Shown here in pieces: positions 23,619 through 33,128 of a DNA stretch of 55,178 nt. Location: assembly GCA_964106645.2 (NCBI GenBank), contig CAXKZF020000068.1; one strand, 5' to 3'. Each line of letters begins with the position of its first letter. Position 1 is the stretch's first letter. Source of the DNA: Podarcis pityusensis. Its lineage: Eukaryota. The notes beneath the pieces are model-generated. The model ran no database searches. It worked only from the letters and a program-made list of their open reading frames with translations, and was not told where the DNA came from. Both the position numbers and the translations under genes were made by a program.

Positions 23619-24884
23619 ATGGCGCTCAACGGTCTGCGGATGTCTCAGAAGCAACTGGAGTCTTTCGCTCACGCTGATGCTGATGCCTCGAAAGGCCGAG
23701 TCAACATCTGGCACGGCGCTGTCCGATCCGGGAAAACAGTCGGATCCCTGTTGGCGTTCCTTGTCGGAGTCGCGAACGCCCCAGAACAGGGCGAGATCGT
23801 GGTCATCGGCCGGACACGCGACACCATCTTCCGGAACCTAATCGGACCGTTGCAGGACAACAACATGTACGGCGTGATGGCGCAGCATGTGCGTTACAAC
23901 CGTGGCGCACCGACAGCGGACATCTTCGGGCGCACAGTGCACGTCATCGGCGCATCCGATGTTCGAGCTGAAGCAGCGATCCGCGGTATGACCGTATGCC
24001 TCGCATACGTCGACGAAACAACGCTGGTGGCCGAAGAGTTCTTCAACCAGCTCGTCGCCCGCATGTCAGTGCCAGGCGCACGGATCTTCACAACCACCAA
24101 CCCTGATGGGCCAAGGAACTGGCTCAAGACCGGATACATCGACCGCGCAGACGAACGCGGGCACAAGGTGTTCCACTTCGAACTCGACGACAACCGGGCA
24201 TACCTTCCAGACGGATACATCGAAGGTTTGCAGGCGCAGTACACAGGACTCTGGTACGACCGATTCATTAAAGGTTTGTGGACGATGGCGGATGGTGTCA
24301 TCTACGAATCTTTCGATCCCGCACGTCATGTCGTCGACACGCTCCCCGAGATGCAACGCATCCTCGGTGTCGGTATCGACTACGGCACCACCAACCCAAC
24401 CCGAGGAATCAAACTCGGCCTGGGTGTCGACAACAAGCTGTACGCAATGGCCGAATGGGCGCCAGGCTCAGGCACCACCACCGATCACTCACGCAGCCTC
24501 CGTCAGTTCATCAGCACCGATACACCCGAATACTTGTACATCGACCCCGCTGCCGCTGTCTTCAAAGTGCAGTTGCAGCGCGACGGATTCGACAACTACT
24601 TCAACGCATCGAACAAGGTCGGCGCCGGCATCGGACTCGTCGCATCCTTGTTCTCCACCGAGCAGCTACTCATCCACGCATCGTGCACCGAACTGCTCGG
24701 CGAAATACCCGGCTACGTGTGGGATGCCAAGGCTGCAGAGAAAGGGGAGGACTCACCCGTGAAACTCAACGACCATGCTGTCGACGCCCTCCGCTACGCA
24801 GTCTCAACGTCCCGCCCGATGTGGCAGGCACATATTCCAACGCTCGATGCAGCAGCGCGCCTGCCTGATGAACGAATCGAATAG
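23619..24884 (+). CDS. terL: Terminase large subunit (PBSX-like)
   Basis: Walker A GAVRSGKT, Walker B AYVDE, TTNP, and nuclease motifs GIDYG...DHAVDALRYA. Confidence 0.95.
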   Translation: MALNGLRMSQKQLESFAHADADASKGRVNIWHGAVRSGKTVGSLLAFLVGVANAPEQGEIVVIGRTRDTIFRNLIGPLQDNNMYGVMAQHVRYNRGAPTADIFGRTVHVIGASDVRAEAAIRGMTVCLAYVDETTLVAEEFFNQLVARMSVPGARIFTTTNPDGPRNWLKTGYIDRADERGHKVFHFELDDNRAYLPDGYIEGLQAQYTGLWYDRFIKGLWTMADGVIYESFDPARHVVDTLPEMQRILGVGIDYGTTNPTRGIKLGLGVDNKLYAMAEWAPGSGTTTDHSRSLRQFISTDTPEYLYIDPAAAVFKVQLQRDGFDNYFNASNKVGAGIGLVASLFSTEQLLIHASCTELLGEIPGYVWDAKAAEKGEDSPVKLNDHAVDALRYAVSTSRPMWQAHIPTLDAAARLPDERIE

Positions 24885-24894
24885 GGGTGGCCGC

Positions 24895-26490
24895 GTGATC
24901 GAAGCGAACATGGCGTGGCCGCCGACCGCGCTGGCGAAAGTCGCCGCACGAGTCCGCGAATCACAAGTGTGGTGGGAAGGCGACGTCCTCAAACTCGACG
25001 ACTTCTACCGCACCAACCCCAACCGTCGATCATTCGCGCAAGCCGGCGTCGTCGGCAAGGTCTCAGACTTCCTGTACGGGAAACCCGAGTCGGCATCGAA
25101 GCCGTCCCGGAAAATGCACGTCCCGATCCCCGCGGACATCGCGAAACTCTCGGCATCGGAACTGTTCTCCGAACCGCTGACGATCATCGACCCCACCGAC
25201 AACAAGGCATTGCAAGACCGTGTGGACCTGATCTTCAACACCCCCACCTTCCACGGTGACCTGTTCACCGCTGGTGAATCAGCGTCCGCGTTGGGTGGCT
25301 GCTATCAGCGCGTGGTGTGGGATGACACGGTCGCCGACAATGCTTGGATCGACTTTGTGGATGTGGACAAGGCGATCCCCGAGTTCGCTTGGGGCCGTTT
25401 GAAAGCTGTCACATTCTGGTCCGAGCTCGCGGGTTCGGATGAGCGGGACGTGTGGCGGCATTTGGAACGGTACGAGAAGGGCCGCATCCTGCACTCCCTG
25501 TACAAGGGGACACCGACGAACCTCGGTACCGTGATGGACCTTCAAGCGCACCCCGACACCAAGGGCATCGAGCTCGACAGCTTCGATGACACGGCCGGCG
25601 GATACGTCAGCCTCGGCGTCGACGAGCTCGCTGCCCGATACGTCCCGAACGTGCTCCCGAATCCCGAGTGGCGCAACGACCCCACACTGCGACACCTCGG
25701 ACTGGCAGACATCCGACAGGACCTGTTCCCAATCTTCCAAGGCCTCGACCTGATCTATTCGTCGCTGCCTCGGGAGTTCCGGATCGGTCAGGCACGCATG
25801 TTCGCCTCAGAGCAGTTGCTCACCAATCACGGCGCAGGTCGCGGTGCATCGTTGCCTGAGGATCAGGAGATCTTCACGCAGGTCAATCAGGGCGTGAAGG
25901 ACGGCGACGCGACTTCGATGTTCCAGTTCCATCAGCCGGCGCTGCGGGTACTTGAGCATGATCAGGGCGCGGAGTTGTTGTTGCGTCGTGTCCTGTCGAC
26001 GACCGGGTACAGCCCTGTGTCGTTCGGCATGTCCGACGAGGTCGCTCAGACCGCGACAGAGGCGACGGGCAAGAAAGAGTTGACGGTCAAGACAACGAAG
26101 GGTAAGGCCCGTTATTGGGGTGCTGCTCTTGGGCCGTTGGCGACGATTTGCATGCAGATCGATGCAGTCAAGTTCCCCGGCAAGGGTGTCGCTCCGGTCG
26201 AGGAGTTGGAGCTGGATTGGCCGAAGTTTGCTCGTGAGTCGGATGAGGCGAAGTCTCGGACGGTTCAGGGTTGGGCGACGGCGGATGCTGCGTCGACTCA
26301 CACGAAAGTGTCGTATCTGCATGAGGATTGGGATGAGGAGCGGATCGATGAGGAAGTGAAGAAGATCGACGAAAAGAACCAGGTTCCTTCGCCGTTCGGT
26401 TCGCTTCCTCCGGATCAGAATCCTGACCCGAACATCCCGCCTGAACCGCCTGTGCCTCCTGTCGATGAGGTCAAACCCGCTGAGGAGTAG
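24895..26490 (+). CDS. Portal protein
   Basis: Follows terL; ~530 aa; GYSP.SFG...TATE motif. Confidence 0.9.
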   Translation: MIEANMAWPPTALAKVAARVRESQVWWEGDVLKLDDFYRTNPNRRSFAQAGVVGKVSDFLYGKPESASKPSRKMHVPIPADIAKLSASELFSEPLTIIDPTDNKALQDRVDLIFNTPTFHGDLFTAGESASALGGCYQRVVWDDTVADNAWIDFVDVDKAIPEFAWGRLKAVTFWSELAGSDERDVWRHLERYEKGRILHSLYKGTPTNLGTVMDLQAHPDTKGIELDSFDDTAGGYVSLGVDELAARYVPNVLPNPEWRNDPTLRHLGLADIRQDLFPIFQGLDLIYSSLPREFRIGQARMFASEQLLTNHGAGRGASLPEDQEIFTQVNQGVKDGDATSMFQFHQPALRVLEHDQGAELLLRRVLSTTGYSPVSFGMSDEVAQTATEATGKKELTVKTTKGKARYWGAALGPLATICMQIDAVKFPGKGVAPVEELELDWPKFARESDEAKSRTVQGWATADAASTHTKVSYLHEDWDEERIDEEVKKIDEKNQVPSPFGSLPPDQNPDPNIPPEPPVPPVDEVKPAEE

Positions 26491-26493
26491 GCG

Positions 26494-27597
26494 ATGGCGC
26501 TCGACCCGTCCGAAGCAGCAGGACTCCCCGATGAGTTGATCAACCTCTACACCGAAGCCGAGTTGGCTCTGATGTCGATGCTCGCCGAAGCGATTGTGGC
26601 GGGCATCGACACTCCAGAGTGGGAGGCTCGGCAGCCGGCGGAGATGTTGCGGTTTCGGCAGCAGGCGCAGTTGTTGGCGTTGCAGTTGCAGTCCCAGATG
26701 CCGGCGTTGGTTGAGGGTGCGGTTGCGGGTGCTGCGGAGCGTGGCCGTGAGGCTGCGGACGAGGACTTGAAGGGGTTGCCGAAGGTGCCTCCGGTTCCGC
26801 CTGTGACGCCTGCTCGGGATCGGAAGACTCGGGCCGCGATCTACGCAGGGCAGCAGGTGCTTTCCTCTGTGACTGCTCGGATTCCGGGTGCCGCGGGGGA
26901 GCTGCATTCGCAGGTGACAACGCAGATCATCGCGAGGTCATCGGGTGTCCGATCGGGTACACGCCTGGATGCAGCGCAACAAGCCCTCGACATCCTCACC
27001 AAACGTGGCGTGACCGGATTCCGGGATGCTGCCGGCCGCAACTGGTCCCTCGCCAGCTATATCGAGATGAAGTCCCGGACCATCGTCAACCAAGAGTTGA
27101 TTGATGGGCATACGGATCGGATGTTGGAGCGCGGTCAAACCCTGATCGTCGTATCCAGCCACTCGAATCCGGCGCCGCAATGCCAACCCTACGAAGGGCA
27201 AGTCCTCTCGTTGGATGGCGAGGCAGGGACAGTGATCCGGCCCAACGCGACCGGCGGCCGTGCAGTGAAGGTGAAGATCAAAGCCACACTGCGGGAAGCC
27301 CGCTCGAAAGGCTTCCAACACCCCAACTGCGGACACGCTGTCAGCGCGTTCATTCCTGGCGGGTCGCGGACGTTCGAGACCAGGCCGGATCCGGAAGGGT
27401 ACGCGGCGACGCAGAAGCAGCGCGATATGGAACGCGCTGTGCGGGACACGAAACGGCAGCAGTCCGTCGCCATCACCCCGCAACGCAAACGCGAACTCGC
27501 CGCACTGCTGAAGCAGCAGCAAGCCGCAATCGCCGCACACACCGCGCAACACGACCTGAAACGCCGACCCAACCGCGAACGACTCGGCGCACGCTGA
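26494..27597 (+). CDS. Minor capsid / head morphogenesis (MuF-like) protein
   Basis: DAAGRNWSLASY, C.PYEGQVLS, GFQHPNCGH and QR.MER.VR motifs. Confidence 0.85.
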   Translation: MALDPSEAAGLPDELINLYTEAELALMSMLAEAIVAGIDTPEWEARQPAEMLRFRQQAQLLALQLQSQMPALVEGAVAGAAERGREAADEDLKGLPKVPPVPPVTPARDRKTRAAIYAGQQVLSSVTARIPGAAGELHSQVTTQIIARSSGVRSGTRLDAAQQALDILTKRGVTGFRDAAGRNWSLASYIEMKSRTIVNQELIDGHTDRMLERGQTLIVVSSHSNPAPQCQPYEGQVLSLDGEAGTVIRPNATGGRAVKVKIKATLREARSKGFQHPNCGHAVSAFIPGGSRTFETRPDPEGYAATQKQRDMERAVRDTKRQQSVAITPQRKRELAALLKQQQAAIAAHTAQHDLKRRPNRERLGAR

Positions 27598-27729
27598 TAT
27601 ATCGGGTTTTCCCAATACGCGCTGATAGATCCCCAGAGTTTCCCGCCGCATGGCGGAATCGCAGTAACCCAATAGCCCCCAGCCGCACGGCACCCAGGGG
27701 CCAATGCCGCATGGCACAAGGAGAGAACA

Positions 27730-28320
27730 ATGCGCGTCCAACGATCCGTCATCGCACCCGAACCGTTCGACATGTTTACTCGAGCATCCCGTTGGCCTTC
27801 CCGCCAGCACCCTCGACGCGACCCCGAAGGACACCCCCAAGGTGGCGATCCGGTCGATCCTCCCGCCGACCCAGTCGATCCCGCAGACCCGCCGGCCGAT
27901 CCGCCACAGGATCCGGCCGACCCGCCCGCCGACGTGGACTGGAAGAAGGAATCGCGCAAGCACGAAGCGGAAGCGAAGAAGAACCGCGCTGCCGCCGCCG
28001 AGTTGGAGAAGATCAAGGCATCGAAGCGGACCGCCGAGGAGAAGGCAGCGAAGGAAGCAGCCGACGCCAAGGCTGACGCCGAAGCCGCACGCGCTGAAGC
28101 CGCACGCGAACGCGCAGCCCGCAAATACGGACTGTCCGACGAAGACCTCGACTTCCTCGAAGGCGTACCAGCCGACAAGTTCGACGCCAAAGCGAAAGCA
28201 CTCTCCGAACGCATCAAAGCTGCCGCACCCGCCGGCAAGTCCGGACTCCCCGCAGGCGGCGCAAAAGAAAAAACCAAATCCACAACGCTCAGCGGCTCCA
28301 TCGCCGCCCACTACTCCTAG
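27730..28320 (+). CDS. Capsid scaffolding protein
   Basis: DPPA repeats, WK..SRKHE and a coiled coil; precedes the major capsid gene; SD AAGGAG. Confidence 0.85.
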   Translation: MRVQRSVIAPEPFDMFTRASRWPSRQHPRRDPEGHPQGGDPVDPPADPVDPADPPADPPQDPADPPADVDWKKESRKHEAEAKKNRAAAAELEKIKASKRTAEEKAAKEAADAKADAEAARAEAARERAARKYGLSDEDLDFLEGVPADKFDAKAKALSERIKAAAPAGKSGLPAGGAKEKTKSTTLSGSIAAHYS

Positions 28321-28329
28321 GAGCCTCCC

Positions 28330-29328
28330 ATGGCTGTAACCCTCGCAGAATCCAAGCTCAACGCCCAGGAAGACTACGATCCCGCTGTCATCGACGAATT
28401 CCGCAAGGAATCCGCCGTCCTCGACTCGCTGATCTTCGATGACGCTGTCTCCCCGACAGGTGGAGGCACACTCGACTACGGCTACCGGCGCCTGCTGACG
28501 CAGCCCACCGCCGCGACCCGCGCCTACAACACCGAGTACACCCCGCAGAACGTCACCACCGAGAAGAAGAGCATCACGCTCGCCGTCCTCGGTGGATCGT
28601 TCGAGGTGGACCGTGTGCTCGCGAAGCTCGGCCCCGCCGCGTCCTCGAACATCGCGTTGAACGTGTCGCAGAAGGTGAAGGCCGCGACCACCAAGTTCAA
28701 CGACGAACTGATCAACGGTGACGTTGCAGTCGACGCCAACGGCTTCGACGGCCTCGACAAGGCCCTTACCGGGTCCTCGACGGAGTTCCGGGCAAGCTCG
28801 GTCACCAACTGGACCGACTGGGACACAGTGCCTTCCGCGGTGAACAAGGCTCTCGATGACATCGACGAGTGGCTGTCGCTGCTCGACGGCATCCCGACCG
28901 TTGTCCTCGGCAACCAGAAGGCGTTGGCGCGTGTCCGTGCCGCTGCACGCCGCTCCGGCATGTACACGAAGGACCCCATCGAGGGCCTGATCGGTGCGAA
29001 CGGCCGGCCGATCAATCGTGAGTCGTACGGTGGCATCACGTTCGTCGACCCGGGTAACCAGGCTGGTACGAACAACCCGATCATCCCGATCGAGGCTCGC
29101 ACTGTCGGTACCGCTCAGACCGGCCTGACTGACCTGTTCGCGTACCGTGTCGGCCTCGACGGCTTCCACGGTGTGTCGACTGTCGGTGGCCAGATCGTTC
29201 AGACGTGGCTGCCTGACTTCTCCACTGCTGGTGCGGTGAAGAAGGGTGAGGTCGAGCTCGGCCCGGTTGGTTGCGCTTTGAAGGCCACCAAGGCTGCGTC
29301 GGTGTTCCGCAACATCAAGGTTCAGTAG
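28330..29328 (+). CDS. Major capsid protein
   Basis: 332 aa with LGGSFEVDR and GFDGLDK motifs; strong codon bias; expected position. Confidence 0.92.
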   Translation: MAVTLAESKLNAQEDYDPAVIDEFRKESAVLDSLIFDDAVSPTGGGTLDYGYRRLLTQPTAATRAYNTEYTPQNVTTEKKSITLAVLGGSFEVDRVLAKLGPAASSNIALNVSQKVKAATTKFNDELINGDVAVDANGFDGLDKALTGSSTEFRASSVTNWTDWDTVPSAVNKALDDIDEWLSLLDGIPTVVLGNQKALARVRAAARRSGMYTKDPIEGLIGANGRPINRESYGGITFVDPGNQAGTNNPIIPIEARTVGTAQTGLTDLFAYRVGLDGFHGVSTVGGQIVQTWLPDFSTAGAVKKGEVELGPVGCALKATKAASVFRNIKVQ

Positions 29329-29501
29329 TGGCGACCGTGAAGACCCCCGTAGAGGGGTACAACGGCAAGGTCGCTGGCGTGAACTTCGTGGACGGTGTGG
29401 GTGAGACGGATGACGCGAATGCGTTGGCGTACTTCACCCGTCATGGTTACAAGGTGTCGGAGACTGTGAAGCGGGGCGCCCGGAAGCCCGCCGAGGACTG
29501 A
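29328..29501 (+). CDS. Small head-associated protein
   Basis: TAGTG-coupled to the capsid gene; G..AGV.F.DG...YF.RHGY.V. Confidence 0.65.
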   Translation: MATVKTPVEGYNGKVAGVNFVDGVGETDDANALAYFTRHGYKVSETVKRGARKPAED

Positions 29502-29561
29502 TCTACCTGATGCCCACCCCCGAGTCGCCTTCCTGTGCGGCTCGGGGCTGGTGGGACCAAA

Positions 29562-29716
29562 TGCTTGGTGGTTGGTGCGTTTCTACGTGCCCGGCAACGG
29601 CTCATAGACCCACGTTAAGACCGCTTGAGGGGTTCACCGCCGGGTTCCTTTCCCCCTTGCAGCAGCGTATAAACATCTCGGTATGACCGAGATGGTCTGC
29701 GCGCCAACCATCAACA
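29562..29716 (+). ncRNA. Candidate structured RNA (unassigned)
   Basis: 16-bp closing stem (29565-29580 with 29699-29714) with internal hairpins including a GCAA tetraloop; ORF-free on the + strand. Confidence 0.4.
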
Positions 29717-29731
29717 CCCCGAGGAGTTTTC

Positions 29732-29941
29732 GTGTCTGATCTACCCACCACGTTCAAGCGACGGGACTTGATGGCCGCGCTTGAACTGCTCGGCATCCCA
29801 TCTGCGGGTACACGCCGTGTCCAGATCTTTCCGGATTGCATCATCGTGGAGCAGTTGCGGCGCGACGCGTCCGGTTCCCTGTTCTCGGCTGGGGCCGACA
29901 TCGCCACAGTCAAGACGGTCATCGGCTTGGAGAAGGAGTAA
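29732..29941 (+). CDS. Hypothetical protein
   Basis: SD GAGGAG with GTG start. Confidence 0.6.
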   Translation: MSDLPTTFKRRDLMAALELLGIPSAGTRRVQIFPDCIIVEQLRRDASGSLFSAGADIATVKTVIGLEKE

Positions 29942-29943
29942 CC

Positions 29944-30357
29944 GTGCTCGTCTATGCCGATGCTGACAACCTGGCCGCGTGGCTCGGTGAGCCCGCACCC
30001 GACAACGCAACCTCACTCCTACGCCACGCATCATCGAGGGTCGCGAACGCATGCCGCTGCGACATCTACGACACCCAGCCGAGCGGCCTCCCCGTCGATG
30101 ACGACATCCGGGAAGCGTTGCGCGACGCAACGTGCGCGCAGGCGGAACGGTGGAAGGAACTGAAGGTGGATCCGGCTGCTGGTGCCGGCGGTTTCGATGT
30201 GCAGATCACATCATCCAGCATTGACGGTTCGTCGTTGTCGACGACTGCTGCGACGGTGGACGCTGCCCGCGCCGAAGCGTTGGACGGACTATGCGAACTG
30301 TCCGTGTCGATCCTGCGGAATGCGGGTCTCGCTAGTTCGTTGGTGAGGTCGTCGTGA
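29944..30357 (+). CDS. Head-to-tail adaptor
   Basis: YA...L..WLG...LL..AS..V...ALRDATCAQA pattern; expected position. Confidence 0.78.
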   Translation: MLVYADADNLAAWLGEPAPDNATSLLRHASSRVANACRCDIYDTQPSGLPVDDDIREALRDATCAQAERWKELKVDPAAGAGGFDVQITSSSIDGSSLSTTAATVDAARAEALDGLCELSVSILRNAGLASSLVRSS

Positions 30358-30692
30358 GCATGGCGGACATCATCGCGGCGCAGTGGTTCGTGTGGCCAGT
30401 ATCGGTGAAGCGGCATGCGGGCGAAGGACCCTACGAACCGGCATTCGATCCGGCGGTGACTGTGCTCGGGAAGATCACCACGAAACGCAAGTTGGTGCGC
30501 GCTGCTGATGGTTCCGAGGTCATTTCGGAGGCCCGCGTGAGTATGCATGTCAACACTGCACTGATTCCTGTCGGCTCGTTGGTGACTTTTCCGCCCGAGT
30601 TTGGTGGACGCACGGCTGTGGTGTTGGCGGAGCAACGCCATGACGACGGCAACGGTTTGACCCCCAACTTCTACAGCATCGACCTCACCTAG
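30354..30692 (+). CDS. Head-to-tail stopper
   Basis: KLVRAADGSEVIS...PVGSLVT pattern; expected position. Confidence 0.75.
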   Translation: MSMADIIAAQWFVWPVSVKRHAGEGPYEPAFDPAVTVLGKITTKRKLVRAADGSEVISEARVSMHVNTALIPVGSLVTFPPEFGGRTAVVLAEQRHDDGNGLTPNFYSIDLT

Positions 30693-30702
30693 GAGCGTGC
30701 TC

Positions 30703-30873
30703 GTGATCATGCCGTATCCAGTCGAGTTGTACGACGGATGTCCATGCTTCACATGCCTGGGATTCATCGGGCACCAATGGAAGATGCCACTCTGCCCGAC
30801 TTGTGGGAATAAGCGGTGCGCGGGCGCTAATCACCATTCACGCCATCCAGACCCTTCCGAGGTGAGCTTGTGA
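30703..30873 (+). CDS. Small Cys-rich Zn-binding protein
   Basis: CPCFTC...CPTCGNKRC..A.HH; SD AGGAG; GTGA overlap with the next gene; below the track cutoff. Confidence 0.6.
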   Translation: MIMPYPVELYDGCPCFTCLGFIGHQWKMPLCPTCGNKRCAGANHHSRHPDPSEVSL

Positions 30874-31193
30874 GTACTGCTCTGAACTTTCCGATCGAGC
30901 CAGTCCGCTCCGCCATCACCGACGGATTGCACGCTGCCGCTGAAGTCATCAAGCAGGAAGCGATCGAACGGGCACCGAAAGAGACCGGGTATCTGCGGAA
31001 CACTGCGGCGACTGCGGCTGAGGGGTTGGAAGCTGCTGTCGGCTTCGACGGACCGTATGCCGTAAAGCAGCACGAGGAACTCGGTTATCACCATCAGGAT
31101 GGTGAGGCGAAGTACCTCGAAAACGCTGTCATCGCAACGAGGGAAGTTGTCGGGCAGATCCTCGCGGAATCGATACGGAGGCAACTCGGATGA
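30870..31193 (+). CDS. Neck / tail completion protein (HK97 gp10-like)
   Basis: AP.ETG.LR...YAVKQHE...AKYLE. Confidence 0.8.
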   Translation: MSTALNFPIEPVRSAITDGLHAAAEVIKQEAIERAPKETGYLRNTAATAAEGLEAAVGFDGPYAVKQHEELGYHHQDGEAKYLENAVIATREVVGQILAESIRRQLG

Positions 31194-31648
31194 CACTCGT
31201 TCGGGCACCGGACACCGTCGAACTCCTCGAAGCCCTCGCCCAACACCTCACCAACCTCGGACTCGCACGCTACGCACCGAACGGAATCTACGTCGGCGAA
31301 GGCCTCCCCGCGATCTTCTTCGGACAACTCCCCGACAAACCAGACACGGCGATCCTCCTCAACAGCTACAACGACGACCGGACACGGGACGCAGCAACCC
31401 CCGACTACTACGTCCAACTCCGATTCAGGACCGCCGGCCGTGACCCTCGCACCGTCAACAGGTTGGCCGACAGCGTGTTCCGCGCCCTCGACGACAGGCT
31501 GCATGAGCGCAGCAACACAGTTTGGGCGGGCGTCAACATCCTGTCCTGCATCCGGCACATCGTCGGCCCCATCGCCCCGGATGCGAACAACCGCTACACC
31601 CGCCCCGATTCATACACCATCACCACAAACCCAGGAGCAATTACATGA
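31190..31648 (+). CDS. Tail terminator
   Basis: LPDKPD...VQLRFR...D.NNR pattern; precedes the major tail gene. Confidence 0.78.
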   Translation: MTLVRAPDTVELLEALAQHLTNLGLARYAPNGIYVGEGLPAIFFGQLPDKPDTAILLNSYNDDRTRDAATPDYYVQLRFRTAGRDPRTVNRLADSVFRALDDRLHERSNTVWAGVNILSCIRHIVGPIAPDANNRYTRPDSYTITTNPGAIT

Positions 31649-32418
31649 CCACACCACTCGCACCCCCCAACAGCCAGTCCCTCGCATCCGCTCTCGGACG
31701 CGACTGGGTACTCCGAGTCCGCGAACTCGGCGGCTCCGAGTCCGATTGGCTCTTCGTCCGCGGATGCTCCTCACTCTCGCCGATCTTCGAAGGCGCAGAA
31801 CAGGATGCCTCCGACATCGACGGCGAAGGCTACGACTCCTCGGTCGTGACCGGACTCTCGTGGCGCGTCGAAGGTGGCTGCAAGCGCAAGGGCGAAGCAA
31901 CTGCCGGGTTCGTTGACGACCCGGGCCAGGCGCTGCTTCGACGCAAGGGCCGCAAGACCGGCATCGACAACATGGTGGAATTCCAGATCTACCGTCGCGA
32001 CGATCTCCCCGATGCATACAAGGGCTCCGGACCGGTCATCTGGAAGGACAACGCTGCCGGTGATCCGAAGGCGTTGCAGGATGCGACCTTCACCTTGAAG
32101 GGCAACGGCAAGCCTGAGGACATCGCTAAGCCGACTGGCACTCCGTTGCCGACCGCGAAGGTCATCACGTTGCCTGCCGGCCTGACTGGCGGTACGTGGT
32201 CGCTGACTGTTGGTTCCGCTACGGCATCGGGCCTCGCGCACAATGTCGCATCGTCGGCCGTGCAGACCGCTGTTCTCGCGCTGGCGGGCGTCCCTTCGGG
32301 TACCACGGTGACGGGCTCGGCTGGTGGACCCTACACAGTCACCTTCGCTGGTCCTGTCGGCGCGGTCTCGGCATCCGGTTCGAGCCTGACTCCCGCCGGA
32401 ACTGTCTCCGTCTCCTAA
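31645..32418 (+). CDS. Major tail protein
   Basis: SD AGGAG; tail-tube-like N-terminal domain with a C-terminal G/T/S-rich appendage (GGPYTVTF). Confidence 0.88.
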   Translation: MTTPLAPPNSQSLASALGRDWVLRVRELGGSESDWLFVRGCSSLSPIFEGAEQDASDIDGEGYDSSVVTGLSWRVEGGCKRKGEATAGFVDDPGQALLRRKGRKTGIDNMVEFQIYRRDDLPDAYKGSGPVIWKDNAAGDPKALQDATFTLKGNGKPEDIAKPTGTPLPTAKVITLPAGLTGGTWSLTVGSATASGLAHNVASSAVQTAVLALAGVPSGTTVTGSAGGPYTVTFAGPVGAVSASGSSLTPAGTVSVS

Positions 32419-32448
32419 CCAGCACCTCTTCTGAAAGGTTGCACTTGT

Positions 32449-32880
32449 ATGCGTGACCTCGCAGAACTCATGGACCCGGAACTCGTCCTGCCTATCGGTG
32501 GGCGCGAGTTCCGGGTCTCATGCAGTGCCCGCCAAGGGCTACACCTCGTTCAACTGTTGAACGAGAAACCACGGCTGTCGGATGAGCAGGAACGCGACGA
32601 GATTGTGTTCGCTCTCGGTGACACCTATGAGCAGATGACTGAGGCTGGTGTGTCGTGGCCGAAGATCGCTGTCGCCGGCCGTGTCGTCATGGCGCACTAC
32701 GGTTTGAGTCCTGAGGCTGGCCGCATGGTGTGGGAGTCGGCTGGTGGAGTCTTGGCGGGAAATCCCCTGCCCCCACCCCCGAACCAATCGAGAGTGGGGG
32801 CGACCCTAGCCCGCAAGATCTTTCAGCCCCGGGAACCTATGGACCGGATGATCCTGGCGGCGGCCCGTACGACGAAGTAA
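32449..32880 (+). CDS. Tail assembly chaperone (G)
   Basis: After the major tail gene; contains the slippery heptamer G GGA AAT. Confidence 0.8.
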   Translation: MRDLAELMDPELVLPIGGREFRVSCSARQGLHLVQLLNEKPRLSDEQERDEIVFALGDTYEQMTEAGVSWPKIAVAGRVVMAHYGLSPEAGRMVWESAGGVLAGNPLPPPPNQSRVGATLARKIFQPREPMDRMILAAARTTK

Positions 32881-33128
32881 CCGGCGTCCGCGACTGGTAC
32901 AACCCGACACCCGGCAAACCCGCGTCCGACGAAACCGTTGATCGGCCGTGGACTGATGTCCTCAACCACTGGCACGCAATCGAACTCGACCTCGACGCCA
33001 ACGGTCACGACATCGAATCCGGTCTCCTCGACGCCCGCACGTGGCGGTGGCTGAAACTGCGCATCGACCACTACGCATCCACCCCCGGCACCAACCTCTG
33101 GGACGCCCTACACCCGAAAGCGGGCTAG
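32449..33128 (+). CDS. Tail assembly chaperone G-T, made by -1 frameshift at 32757-32763
   Basis: XXXYYYZ site GGGAAAT is in frame; the -1 frame is open to 33128 (W..IELDL...W.WL..RI). Confidence 0.78.

Noticed and set aside
27845-27935. Tandem GATCC/GACCCGCC repeats as a CRISPR or DNA repeat element
   Set aside because: They encode the DPPA/DPVD low-complexity linker of the scaffold protein. There are no spacers or cas genes in the window.
26938-29169. 743-aa minus-strand ORF and other long antisense ORFs (820-1722, 11441-12520, 25807-26907, 27189-28301)
   Set aside because: These are antisense shadows of well-supported + strand genes in high-GC DNA and show no motifs.
29585-29670. Pistol ribozyme or preQ1 riboswitch assignment for the structured RNA
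   Set aside because: CGTG...CACGTTAA resembles the pistol P1 region, but I could not place the rest of the consensus. No preQ1-I stem with an A-rich tail is evident. It is left unassigned.
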